Source: Gemmatimonadaceae bacterium (GTDB lineage Bacteria; Gemmatimonadota; Gemmatimonadetes; Gemmatimonadales; Gemmatimonadaceae). Taken from it: a stretch of 52,414 nt of DNA. Numbering within the stretch: the stretch's first letter is position 1; each line of letters begins with the position of its first letter. The DNA lies in contig DATBXT010000081.1 of assembly GCA_036514115.1 (NCBI GenBank), positions 1 through 52,414 of the forward strand, written 5' to 3'. Below the pieces are notes generated by a model. The model searched no databases, was not told where the DNA came from, and saw only the letters and a program-made list of their open reading frames with translations. Position numbers and translations under genes: made by a program. This document shows positions 38,326 to 46,209 of the stretch, in pieces.

Positions 38326-39045
38326 CTAACGGCTGGGGTTGAATCTCCAGCGTGTGCTCACGTCGACAGAGAGAGTTTGTTCACCAGGATTAATCGGGGT
38401 ATCTGCCTGAGCCGCTCCGGTCATCATGCTTTTCATCATCATCGGCCGAGGCGGAGGGGGAGCGTACGACCCAACCCCAATCTCGAGCAGACCTCCCAGG
38501 GATCCACCCGCCGCTCTCGCCGCCGCGTCCGCGTCGGCTCGCGCCTTCTCGATTGCGGCGCCGATCGCAACCCGCCTGGCTGCGTCGGTGTTGGACGCGG
38601 AAAAATCGAGAGATGTGATCATGTTTGCTCCGTGCGCCAATGCGGCATCGATCGCGGGTCCTACCTGACTCAGCTTGCGCACGTCGACAAGGATGGTGTT
38701 GGTCACGTTGTAGCCGATGATAACTGGCTCCTTGCCGGGATCGAACCGCTGCTCAGGATAGACGTTGTAGTTGATAGTCGACAGCTGGTCGTTCGTAAAA
38801 CCCAACGCTTTGAGCGCCGTGAAAACCGATTGTTGGCGTGTCGCGTTTTCCGCAGCGGCCGCTGCCGCCGTAGCGGCCCGAGTCTGGACGCTTACCTGTA
38901 AACTTGCGCGGTCCGGGGTAACCTTCACTTCGCCGTGTCCCGCCACAGTAATGGCCGGAACTACCTCAACTGGCGGAGTAATGGCTTGAGCATGTCCTAC
39001 TGTTGGCGCAAAAATGATGAGCAAAACGGCTAAGTTGGCTTTCAT
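38326..39045 (-). CDS. SIMPL domain (DUF541/YggE-like) periplasmic protein
   Basis: Signal peptide; ITVAGHGEVKVTPD, GYNVTNT, IDAAL..GAN and PINPGEQ motifs. Confidence 0.88.
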   Translation of the reverse strand: MKANLAVLLIIFAPTVGHAQAITPPVEVVPAITVAGHGEVKVTPDRASLQVSVQTRAATAAAAAAENATRQQSVFTALKALGFTNDQLSTINYNVYPEQRFDPGKEPVIIGYNVTNTILVDVRKLSQVGPAIDAALAHGANMITSLDFSASNTDAARRVAIGAAIEKARADADAAARAAGGSLGGLLEIGVGSYAPPPPRPMMMKSMMTGAAQADTPINPGEQTLSVDVSTRWRFNPSR

Positions 39046-39110
39046 GGTCCTATAGTGAAGGTGAGTCCATATCCGAGGGACGTCGTCGACGTCGTGACTT
39101 GCACAAGGGA

Positions 39111-40082
39111 TCAGATAGTGAGCGCCGGTTCTGTATCGTGGATTTGGCTGAGATTCATTCCTACGATCCCTTCCGACTCGCTACGCATCAACATGTTGGC
39201 GAATTTAGCGCCCCAGACAATTTCCTCGGCCTCATAGGAAGAGCGTGAGTGGACGCTTTGGGAGAGGGTCTCGTCGGTCGCAATGAGAAGCACAAGTAGC
39301 TCGGCATCTGCTTCGATGAGATCATCGTGCTTCAGGCCCCATAATGGACTGGCTGCCGTAATTGGGTGAACAACGGTCCAACTGAGAGGGAAAAACACCA
39401 CCCGATTTCTTTCGAGCTCCAGCTCATAGAATCTTCGTACAGTCGTACCGCCAGCGCGCTCGATCTTGGTCAGGATGGCCTGTACCTGCACATCAATAAG
39501 CTGACTGCTCCTCGCATTGGCGATTCTGAACTCGAGCGCAGTCTTGTCTCGATAAGGAGCTACTACCGCGTTGCGGCTGTAGATGATTCTCGACGATGGC
39601 CGCGAGAACCGCGAGAAAATGACGCCTGTGGCGAGTGCCACTCCCATGATGTTGAACAACGCTTCGATGGTGACGAGCGCATTCGGAACAATGCCAACGG
39701 GGACGATGTTCCCGTAACCGATGGTGGCAAACGTGTCGACACTAAAGAAAAAGGCGCGGTAAAAAGGCTGCCCCGCGAAATAGCCGGAGGGTGATTGGAG
39801 TGCGTCCGGCCCACACGCAAGAAACGCAAACGCAAACAATGCGTTGATTACCACATAGGTACCAGCAATGAAAGCGAGAAATTGCGGCCAGGATAACCGG
39901 AGAAGCCAGTGATAAAGTCCGAGTGAAGAAAGGGGATTGAGCCCCTCGAGGGCCACGTTGAAACTTCCGTCGCGGTTGAGGAGTCGCCGCCGCGTTCCTC
40001 GCGCGACCTCGGTGCCGAAGCCGAGATCCTTGAACTCTTCTCTATCGTTAGCAGCTGTCTGCGGCTTCAGCGTCGAAGTCAT
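39111..40082 (-). CDS. Inward-rectifier potassium channel (KirBac-like)
   Basis: FFFSVDTFATIGYG selectivity filter between two TM helices, FSRFSRP, FRIANAR, FPLSWTVVHPI...SPL. Start reset to ATG 40082. Confidence 0.88.
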   Translation of the reverse strand: MTSTLKPQTAANDREEFKDLGFGTEVARGTRRRLLNRDGSFNVALEGLNPLSSLGLYHWLLRLSWPQFLAFIAGTYVVINALFAFAFLACGPDALQSPSGYFAGQPFYRAFFFSVDTFATIGYGNIVPVGIVPNALVTIEALFNIMGVALATGVIFSRFSRPSSRIIYSRNAVVAPYRDKTALEFRIANARSSQLIDVQVQAILTKIERAGGTTVRRFYELELERNRVVFFPLSWTVVHPITAASPLWGLKHDDLIEADAELLVLLIATDETLSQSVHSRSSYEAEEIVWGAKFANMLMRSESEGIVGMNLSQIHDTEPALTI

Positions 40083-40153
40083 TGAGAGATCTCTGCAAGC
40101 GTGACTGGCGTGAGAAAATGGCCGGAGATGTAGGCGAAAGCTACATTGCGGCG

Positions 40154-41050
40154 ATGGAATCATCGGACGCCTCGGTAGGTCGTGCAACTACACTGATTGT
40201 CATTTCCGCAGTCAGTTTTGGTTCGATATCCGTCCTAACCGTTCTCACCACAGGCACAGGTCTGCCGCTTCTGACAGTCATGGCCTGGCGATATGTGCTG
40301 GGCGCCCTGCTGCTGGCTCCATTCGCAAAGCCTCTGGCAAGCCGCGCAGTACGGAAACGTCAAATCATTCAGCTGCTGCTGATAGGTGGATTCGGGCAGG
40401 CGCTGATCACATACCTCAGTCTCTATTCACTGCGGTACATAGCGGTGGGGCCGCTCGCGTTTTTGTTCTACACATATCCAGCGTGGGTTGCTGCGATCGC
40501 TGCACTTAGAGGAACGGAGCGACTGACACTGACACGCATCGTCGCGCTGCTACTCGCATTGATCGGTGTGACAGTGATGGTGGGAGCGCCGGTTGAAAGG
40601 CTGAATCCTGTTGGTGTGGCGCTCGCGCTCGGCTCCGCGCTGTTGTATTCCGTCTATCTACCAGCGCTGGAGTACGTTCAGGAAGGAATACCCGCAATGC
40701 CGGCAACATTTCTCCTCATACTAGGGGCGGCAGCTACGTTCGTGGTCGCGGGTGTCGTTGCAGGTGAGGCGTTTGTGCCGCGGGGAACGGCAGTGTGGGC
40801 CAACATCGGGCTGCTGGCGGTTGTCTCCACAGTCGTCGCGTTCTCTGCCCTCATCAAAGGCCTGTCGGTACTCGGGCCGGTCAGAACAGCGATCATCGCG
40901 ACGGTCGAACCTTTCTTTACCGCCGTACTCGGGCTGCTTGTTCTGGGTAATCAGCTCGGGATCGCGACGATCGCTGGCGGTGTCTTCATCGCCTTGGCCA
41001 TTGTCGTCATTGAATGGAGTTCCACCCGACGTGTGGCGGCTACTGCGTAG
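40154..41050 (+). CDS. DMT/EamA family transporter
   Basis: About 10 hydrophobic segments, two EamA repeats (LFYTYPAWV; ATVEPFFTA.LG). Start reset to ATG 40154. Confidence 0.88.
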   Translation: MESSDASVGRATTLIVISAVSFGSISVLTVLTTGTGLPLLTVMAWRYVLGALLLAPFAKPLASRAVRKRQIIQLLLIGGFGQALITYLSLYSLRYIAVGPLAFLFYTYPAWVAAIAALRGTERLTLTRIVALLLALIGVTVMVGAPVERLNPVGVALALGSALLYSVYLPALEYVQEGIPAMPATFLLILGAAATFVVAGVVAGEAFVPRGTAVWANIGLLAVVSTVVAFSALIKGLSVLGPVRTAIIATVEPFFTAVLGLLVLGNQLGIATIAGGVFIALAIVVIEWSSTRRVAATA

Positions 41051-42971
41051 CTGCGACGCGCTTTCGGCGCTCGACCTCGATGACGAGGTTTTGCAGGTCG
41101 CTCGGACTCACCCCGGGGATGCGCGAAGCCTGGGCGAGCGAAACAGGCTTGAGGCTGGCGAGCTTTTGACGAGCTTCGAGTGAAAGAGATCGCATCTCAC
41201 CGTATTCCAGATCCGGTCGAAGCGAAAAATCTCCCATACGCCGCATCCGATCGGCCTGGATTCGCTCCCGCTCAAAGTACCCAGCGTACTTGATCTCGAG
41301 ATCGGCGGTTACGAGAGCGTCGGAATGAATCTCAGAGCCGACGTTAGCTGCGCCAAACAGCGCGGCCAACGTCACATCCTGGCGCCTTGCGACTTCGACG
41401 ATTTTGACGGCATGCGCAAGCGGCGCGCTTCCCGCGTTCGCCAGGACCTGAGTCGCAGCGGAAGGGGTGATACTGGTGACCTCGGCGAGACGCAACGCAG
41501 AGTCTTCATGTGACATTCTCCGAGCTACGATATCCACTTCCGCCGACGAGTATATGCCGAGCTTCACGCCGATGGCGCCGAGGCGACGAATGGCGTTGTC
41601 CTGGCGGACGGTCAATCGAAACTCGGAGCGCGAAGTGAAGAGCCTGTAAGGTTCGTCGACGCCGCGGGTGACCAAGTCGTCGATCAAAACTCCGATGTAG
41701 GAAGTCTCTCTACCGAGTACCAGCGATTGCTTGTTCTGAACGGAAAGGGCTGCGTTCATACCGGCTACGAGACCTTGACCAGCGGCCTCTTCGTAGCCCG
41801 TCGTCCCGTTTATTTGTCCGGCGAAGTAGAGTCCCGGTACCGCTTTCACCTGCAGGGAAGGATCGAGTTGAGTCGGTGGGTAATAGTCATATTCGATCGC
41901 GTAGCCGGCGCGATTCATTCTCACATTGGACAGGCCGCGAACCGAGCGAAGGATGTCCAGCTGCACATCGGCGGGTAGGGATGTAGACAGACCGTTGACG
42001 TACAGCTCCGCTGTATCGTGGCCTTCAGGCTCGAGGAAAAGCTGGTGACGGTCCGCGTGGGGAAACTTTACGATCTTGTCTTCTACCGACGGACAGTAGC
42101 GCGGCCCGCGCGATGAGATCGAGCCGCCGTACATCGCCGACTTCTGGATGTTGTCCTTGATGATGTTTTTTCCCGCAGACTCGAGATACGTGATCCAGCA
42201 CGGCATCTGCGCAGGGTGGCGCGTCGTTGAGCCGACGCTGCGCGGCGTCGTCCAGAAGTGGGACCACGAGTAGTCAAACTGCGCGATCTCGCTCGCCTGA
42301 ATCTCGAGCGTCGTGAAATCGACCGTGCGCCCATCGATCCGTGGCGGAGTGCCGGTCTTGAACCTCGCGACGGTTAACCCTGCTTCCTCCAATTGCTCGG
42401 CGAGATGAGTACTGGCGGCTTCGCCGGCACGGCCGCCCGAGATCTGAGTACCGGTCCCGATATGAATGCGTCCGCGCAGAAAGGTCCCGGTGGTGATGAC
42501 CACGCTATTCGCACCAAAGCGGCGCCCTTCAACCGTTTCAATTCCAACCACTCGATTATCACCGGATCCGAAGAGCAACCGAGCCACGGTTCCCTGGACA
42601 GTTTGCAGGTTGGGATGATGCTCCAGCAGCCCGCGAACTGCGCGGCGATAAAGCCCTCGGTCACACTGCGCGCGCGGCGCCCAGACGGCAGGCCCCTTGC
42701 TGCGATTGAGCATCCGGAACTGAATCATGGCGAGATCCGTCGCGCGTCCCATGATGCCACCCAGTGCGTCGACTTCGCGGACAACGGTACCCTTCGCAAC
42801 GCCACCAATCGCGGGATTGCACGACATCTGACCGATCGTCTCGAGCGCACTCGTCACCAGCGCTACACGCGAGCCAAGACGTGCGGCAGCAACGGCGGCC
42901 TCGATGCCTGCGTGGCCGCCGCCGACCACCAGAACATCGAACCGAGCTTCGAAACGAGAGGAGCCGGACAT
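41040..42971 (-). CDS. mnmG: tRNA uridine 5-carboxymethylaminomethyl modification enzyme MnmG (GidA)
   Basis: GGGHAG, MSCNPAIGG, KTGTPPR, GPRYCPSVEDK, AGQINGTTGYEEAA, EPYRLFTSR. Confidence 0.98.
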   Translation of the reverse strand: MSGSSRFEARFDVLVVGGGHAGIEAAVAAARLGSRVALVTSALETIGQMSCNPAIGGVAKGTVVREVDALGGIMGRATDLAMIQFRMLNRSKGPAVWAPRAQCDRGLYRRAVRGLLEHHPNLQTVQGTVARLLFGSGDNRVVGIETVEGRRFGANSVVITTGTFLRGRIHIGTGTQISGGRAGEAASTHLAEQLEEAGLTVARFKTGTPPRIDGRTVDFTTLEIQASEIAQFDYSWSHFWTTPRSVGSTTRHPAQMPCWITYLESAGKNIIKDNIQKSAMYGGSISSRGPRYCPSVEDKIVKFPHADRHQLFLEPEGHDTAELYVNGLSTSLPADVQLDILRSVRGLSNVRMNRAGYAIEYDYYPPTQLDPSLQVKAVPGLYFAGQINGTTGYEEAAGQGLVAGMNAALSVQNKQSLVLGRETSYIGVLIDDLVTRGVDEPYRLFTSRSEFRLTVRQDNAIRRLGAIGVKLGIYSSAEVDIVARRMSHEDSALRLAEVTSITPSAATQVLANAGSAPLAHAVKIVEVARRQDVTLAALFGAANVGSEIHSDALVTADLEIKYAGYFERERIQADRMRRMGDFSLRPDLEYGEMRSLSLEARQKLASLKPVSLAQASRIPGVSPSDLQNLVIEVERRKRVAATQ

Positions 42972-43030
42972 AGATTAAAGATAAGAGACTGGCAGCCGAA
43001 TCTAATAGTCACCTACTGCGTCTAATTCAA

Positions 43031-43330
43031 ATGCCACTCGATATTCGCGCAGGACAGCCGGCAGTGCTGATTCGTCGAGAGGCCTTCGACCGTGCCGGTC
43101 TCGTCAGAAGTGCGATCGACGCTCGCTTCAATCTGACGGACCAGGAATTCCGCATTGAGGAGGGTCTAGTCCTTCTCGGACCGCTCCCGTCAGATGATTT
43201 GCTCTCGGAGATGATCCAGGAGCTGGAAGACAGCGGCCTGGTCTACTTCGATGATTTCTTCGAGCTCAGTGGCAACTGGCCGGAGTGGCTGTCGATGTAT
43301 GTTCGGGCGACAAAAAGCGGCGGTCTCTAG
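43031..43330 (+). CDS. Hypothetical protein (99 aa, acidic)
   Basis: ORF exactly fills the gap between mnmG and the convergent NfeD-like gene; protein-like composition; no family recognised. Confidence 0.6.
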   Translation: MPLDIRAGQPAVLIRREAFDRAGLVRSAIDARFNLTDQEFRIEEGLVLLGPLPSDDLLSEMIQELEDSGLVYFDDFFELSGNWPEWLSMYVRATKSGGL

Positions 43331-43860
43331 AGTCGCTGCTCGACGACGGACCACTCCTCGACGATGGCAATACCATCCTCGATCCGATCGATCACGACTT
43401 CCTCACCGACCGTCAGGATCTTGGCCGTCAGACCTTTTGCCGGCACCCGGATTTCGTGACCGTGCATCTCGTATCTGATTTCGCCGGGCGTGGTGCTGAT
43501 ATCCCGGGTGACGATGGCAAAGTGCCCTTGGATCTCTTCGGCCGCGGCAGGAGAGTTATCCGTGCGCCCTCTGAGTGCCCATCGGGCCAGCAGTGTGATC
43601 ATCCCGGTTATCGCCAACGCGCCGGCGCCCGCGGCAATGAGCACGATACCCCACGGCGGGAGATTGGTCCGTGATGCGAGGGGATACCCGACCGCACCAA
43701 ATCCGACTGCGAACGCCGCCAAAGCGGGCAAGTTGAAAAACGGTGAAGGCGCGCGGGCCCTGCTGGCACGCATGTGCTCGACCCCGTGCAGCATTGCAAA
43801 CACTGCGAGCACGAGTCCCGCGATAAACGCAACGAGGGATACTATCGTAAGCGCGTTCAC
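43327..43860 (-). CDS. NfeD-like membrane protein with C-terminal OB-fold
   Basis: Three N-terminal hydrophobic segments (AF..GFG.VG) and a C-terminal G...V...I....GEI...G.EVVI pattern typical of short NfeD (YuaF-like) proteins. Confidence 0.6.
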   Translation of the reverse strand: MNALTIVSLVAFIAGLVLAVFAMLHGVEHMRASRARAPSPFFNLPALAAFAVGFGAVGYPLASRTNLPPWGIVLIAAGAGALAITGMITLLARWALRGRTDNSPAAAEEIQGHFAIVTRDISTTPGEIRYEMHGHEIRVPAKGLTAKILTVGEEVVIDRIEDGIAIVEEWSVVEQRL

Positions 43861-43894
43861 GAGCTGACTCTATGCGAACAGCATCGCTGCGTGC

Positions 43895-44791
43895 TCAGGA
43901 TCCCAGATACTTCCGGAACCAGGAGATTGTTGCGGGCCATGCAGCCTGAGCCGCGGCCATGTTGGCCCCGTTCATCCCTGTTTGCTGGCGAAGAAACCCG
44001 TGCCCGGCTCCAGGAAATATGTTGTACTCATACACCTTGCCGAGGGCGTGCATGGCGGTGTCTGCGGGAGGAATCGTAGCGTCGACGCGTGCGTCGTTTC
44101 CGGCGTACAGACCGAGAACTGGTGCGCGCACCGCCGAGAGATCGCTGGTTTTGGGAGACACGCCGTAGTAAACGACGGATGCTCCAAGACCTGCTGCATG
44201 CACCGCGTGTGCGAATGAAACTCCGCCGCCCCAGCAAAAGCCGACTATCCCGTACTTCTTCTCAGCAGCTGGCAGAGACATACCGTACTGAGCCACCGCG
44301 TCGAGCTGCCTCTGCACCCAGGCAGGATCAAGCGTTCGAATGGAATCCGTGGCTACGCGGGCGACGAGAGTATCAGGTCCGGTCGGAAGATTCTTCATCG
44401 TCAGCAGATCCGGTGCGACAGCAATAAAGCCGTCGGCGGCGAGCTGGTCGGCGACTCCCCGGACCCAGGTCGACAAGCCAAAGATCTCGTGGACCACCAC
44501 CACAACCGGTGCCTTGGTGCTGCGCTCGGGGTAAACAACCCAGGTGTGAAGGCTGTCGCCATTTCCGGTGTGGATCATCACCCACTCACCGTGGCGAGGA
44601 GAAGCGCTCAATCGCGCGGGAGCGCCGGCAGCATCGGGCGGGAGCCCCTTGGAGGCCGGGGCCGCAGCGACCGACGCAGTCGCCCCGGCGTGATCCGCAT
44701 GCGCATCAGCGGGCGGAGCCATTTTCGTCGTAGTGCAACCGATGGCTGCAATCGAGACAAGCACAAGTTTGTTCGCAGATTCAAATCGCAT
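43895..44791 (-). CDS. Dienelactone hydrolase family lipoprotein
   Basis: HEIFGL, APDL, GFCWGG nucleophile, YYG, AGHGF; lipobox-like AIGC. Start reset to ATG 44791 (GAGGA upstream). Confidence 0.88.
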   Translation of the reverse strand: MRFESANKLVLVSIAAIGCTTTKMAPPADAHADHAGATASVAAAPASKGLPPDAAGAPARLSASPRHGEWVMIHTGNGDSLHTWVVYPERSTKAPVVVVVHEIFGLSTWVRGVADQLAADGFIAVAPDLLTMKNLPTGPDTLVARVATDSIRTLDPAWVQRQLDAVAQYGMSLPAAEKKYGIVGFCWGGGVSFAHAVHAAGLGASVVYYGVSPKTSDLSAVRAPVLGLYAGNDARVDATIPPADTAMHALGKVYEYNIFPGAGHGFLRQQTGMNGANMAAAQAAWPATISWFRKYLGS

Positions 44792-44813
44792 TTGTCGTCC
44801 TCTCGGTTGGCAC

Positions 44814-45809
44814 TTACGTCTTGCGCGGCTGCGCGAAGTTGTGAGCGAAGAATTCCGCAACCCGATACTCCGCATAATAAAACGGGCGCCACGGCCATCG
44901 GCCAGCAATAAACCCGGCATGACCTCCCTGCTCAACGAAGTCGAGGTGGAGCGCCCGATTGCGCCGCGCCACCTCGCGAACGTCGTCGAGGACTTCAGCC
45001 GGCAACATTGGGTCATCAACCGCGCTTAATAGTAACGTTTGGAGTCTAATAGCCCCCAGGTATGGAAGGGAGCTGGAGCGCGCGTAATAATCCTGCGCGT
45101 CGCGGAATCCATGCAAAGGGCCCGTAATCAGATTGTCAAAATCTTCCAGCGTACGAAGGGCTGCGATTTTCTCGGATGACGCGAGATCGGGAAAACGTTC
45201 GGCCTTCTCGGCGGCCTTGCGGCGCAACGAGGTCATGAAGAACCGCTGGTACAACCTGGAGAAGCCGCGATTGATCCTTGTAGAAGACCGGGCGAGATCG
45301 AAAGGAACGGACACCGCCGCGGCGGCCCGGAGTCGAGGCGGCAGGTCATCGCCCCTCTCGCCGAGCAACTTCAACAAAACATTCCCACCCAACGAAACGC
45401 CAGCCATGGCAAGATCCGATTCGGGGAACTCGCCACTGATTCGCTCCAGTGCGAACGCGGCATCACTCGTCTCACCCGAGTGGTAGAACCGCCGGGCGCG
45501 GTTGGGCTCTGTTCCGCAGGAGCGGAAGATCAGTAAATCGGCCCCCCACCCGCGTCTTGCTGCCTCGTTGAGGAGACCCTGGGCGTAGTGCGATTTTATA
45601 CTGCCTTCGAGTCCGTGAAGAAAAATGACTCGAGGTTTTCCCGGCAGTGCGTTGAGGCGATGGACTTCCAGAAAATCGCCATCGGGAGTTTCCCAACGCT
45701 GGAGACTGGTGGGCGCTTTCGGTTGATTTCGAAACAGCTTACCCCAGAGCGTTTGCAGGTGACCGCCCGGAATCCACCACGCGGGCGAATAGATTAGGTC
45801 TTTCCGCAT
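44814..45809 (-). CDS. YheT-family alpha/beta hydrolase
   Basis: GHLQTL, PDGD, HGLEGS, GVSLGGN, DDP and GGHAGF motifs. Confidence 0.88.
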   Translation of the reverse strand: MRKDLIYSPAWWIPGGHLQTLWGKLFRNQPKAPTSLQRWETPDGDFLEVHRLNALPGKPRVIFLHGLEGSIKSHYAQGLLNEAARRGWGADLLIFRSCGTEPNRARRFYHSGETSDAAFALERISGEFPESDLAMAGVSLGGNVLLKLLGERGDDLPPRLRAAAAVSVPFDLARSSTRINRGFSRLYQRFFMTSLRRKAAEKAERFPDLASSEKIAALRTLEDFDNLITGPLHGFRDAQDYYARSSSLPYLGAIRLQTLLLSAVDDPMLPAEVLDDVREVARRNRALHLDFVEQGGHAGFIAGRWPWRPFYYAEYRVAEFFAHNFAQPRKT

Positions 45810-45858
45810 CGTGGCGAAGGGAAGGTCGTACCTTTACTGGTCATAACCAGGGGCTGGC

Positions 45859-46209
45859 TTGGAAGTGCAGATCTTCGGAGTGAAGAAAAGTGCAGAAACA
45901 CGAAAAGCTCTTCGCTTCTTCTCCGAGCGGCGGATAAAAACACACTTTGTCGACCTGATGGAGCGGCCGGCGTCGCTGGGCGAGCTCCGCCGATTTGCTC
46001 AGAAGTTTGGAGTCACGGCCCTGATCGATCGAGACTCGAAGCGCTATGACGAGCTAGGGCTCCGGTATGCGCAACTTTCGGACGATCGATGGCTGGAGAG
46101 ACTATCCGCCGAACCAATGCTGTTACGGATGCCGCTGGTGAGGAGCGCAAATCGCCTCGTGATCGGGGCAGATGAACCAACCTGGAAAACCTGGATGGAG
46201 AAGCCGTGA
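45859..46209 (+). CDS. ArsC/Spx/YffB-family protein lacking cysteines
   Basis: IFG.K....RKA..F, ELRRF, P.LLR.P.V and IG pattern of the ArsC/Spx fold. TTG start with AGGGG upstream. Confidence 0.75.
   Translation: MEVQIFGVKKSAETRKALRFFSERRIKTHFVDLMERPASLGELRRFAQKFGVTALIDRDSKRYDELGLRYAQLSDDRWLERLSAEPMLLRMPLVRSANRLVIGADEPTWKTWMEKP

Noticed and set aside
39079-39098. GACGTCGTCGACGTCGTGAC self-complementary tract between the KirBac and SIMPL genes
   Set aside because: Only a 6-bp stem with no U-tract; TCGA/CGTC words are very frequent throughout this sequence.
42972-43030. Possible oriC upstream of mnmG, as in many Proteobacteria
   Set aside because: Only 59 nt with no DnaA boxes; the dnaA-dnaN spacer has the origin hallmarks.
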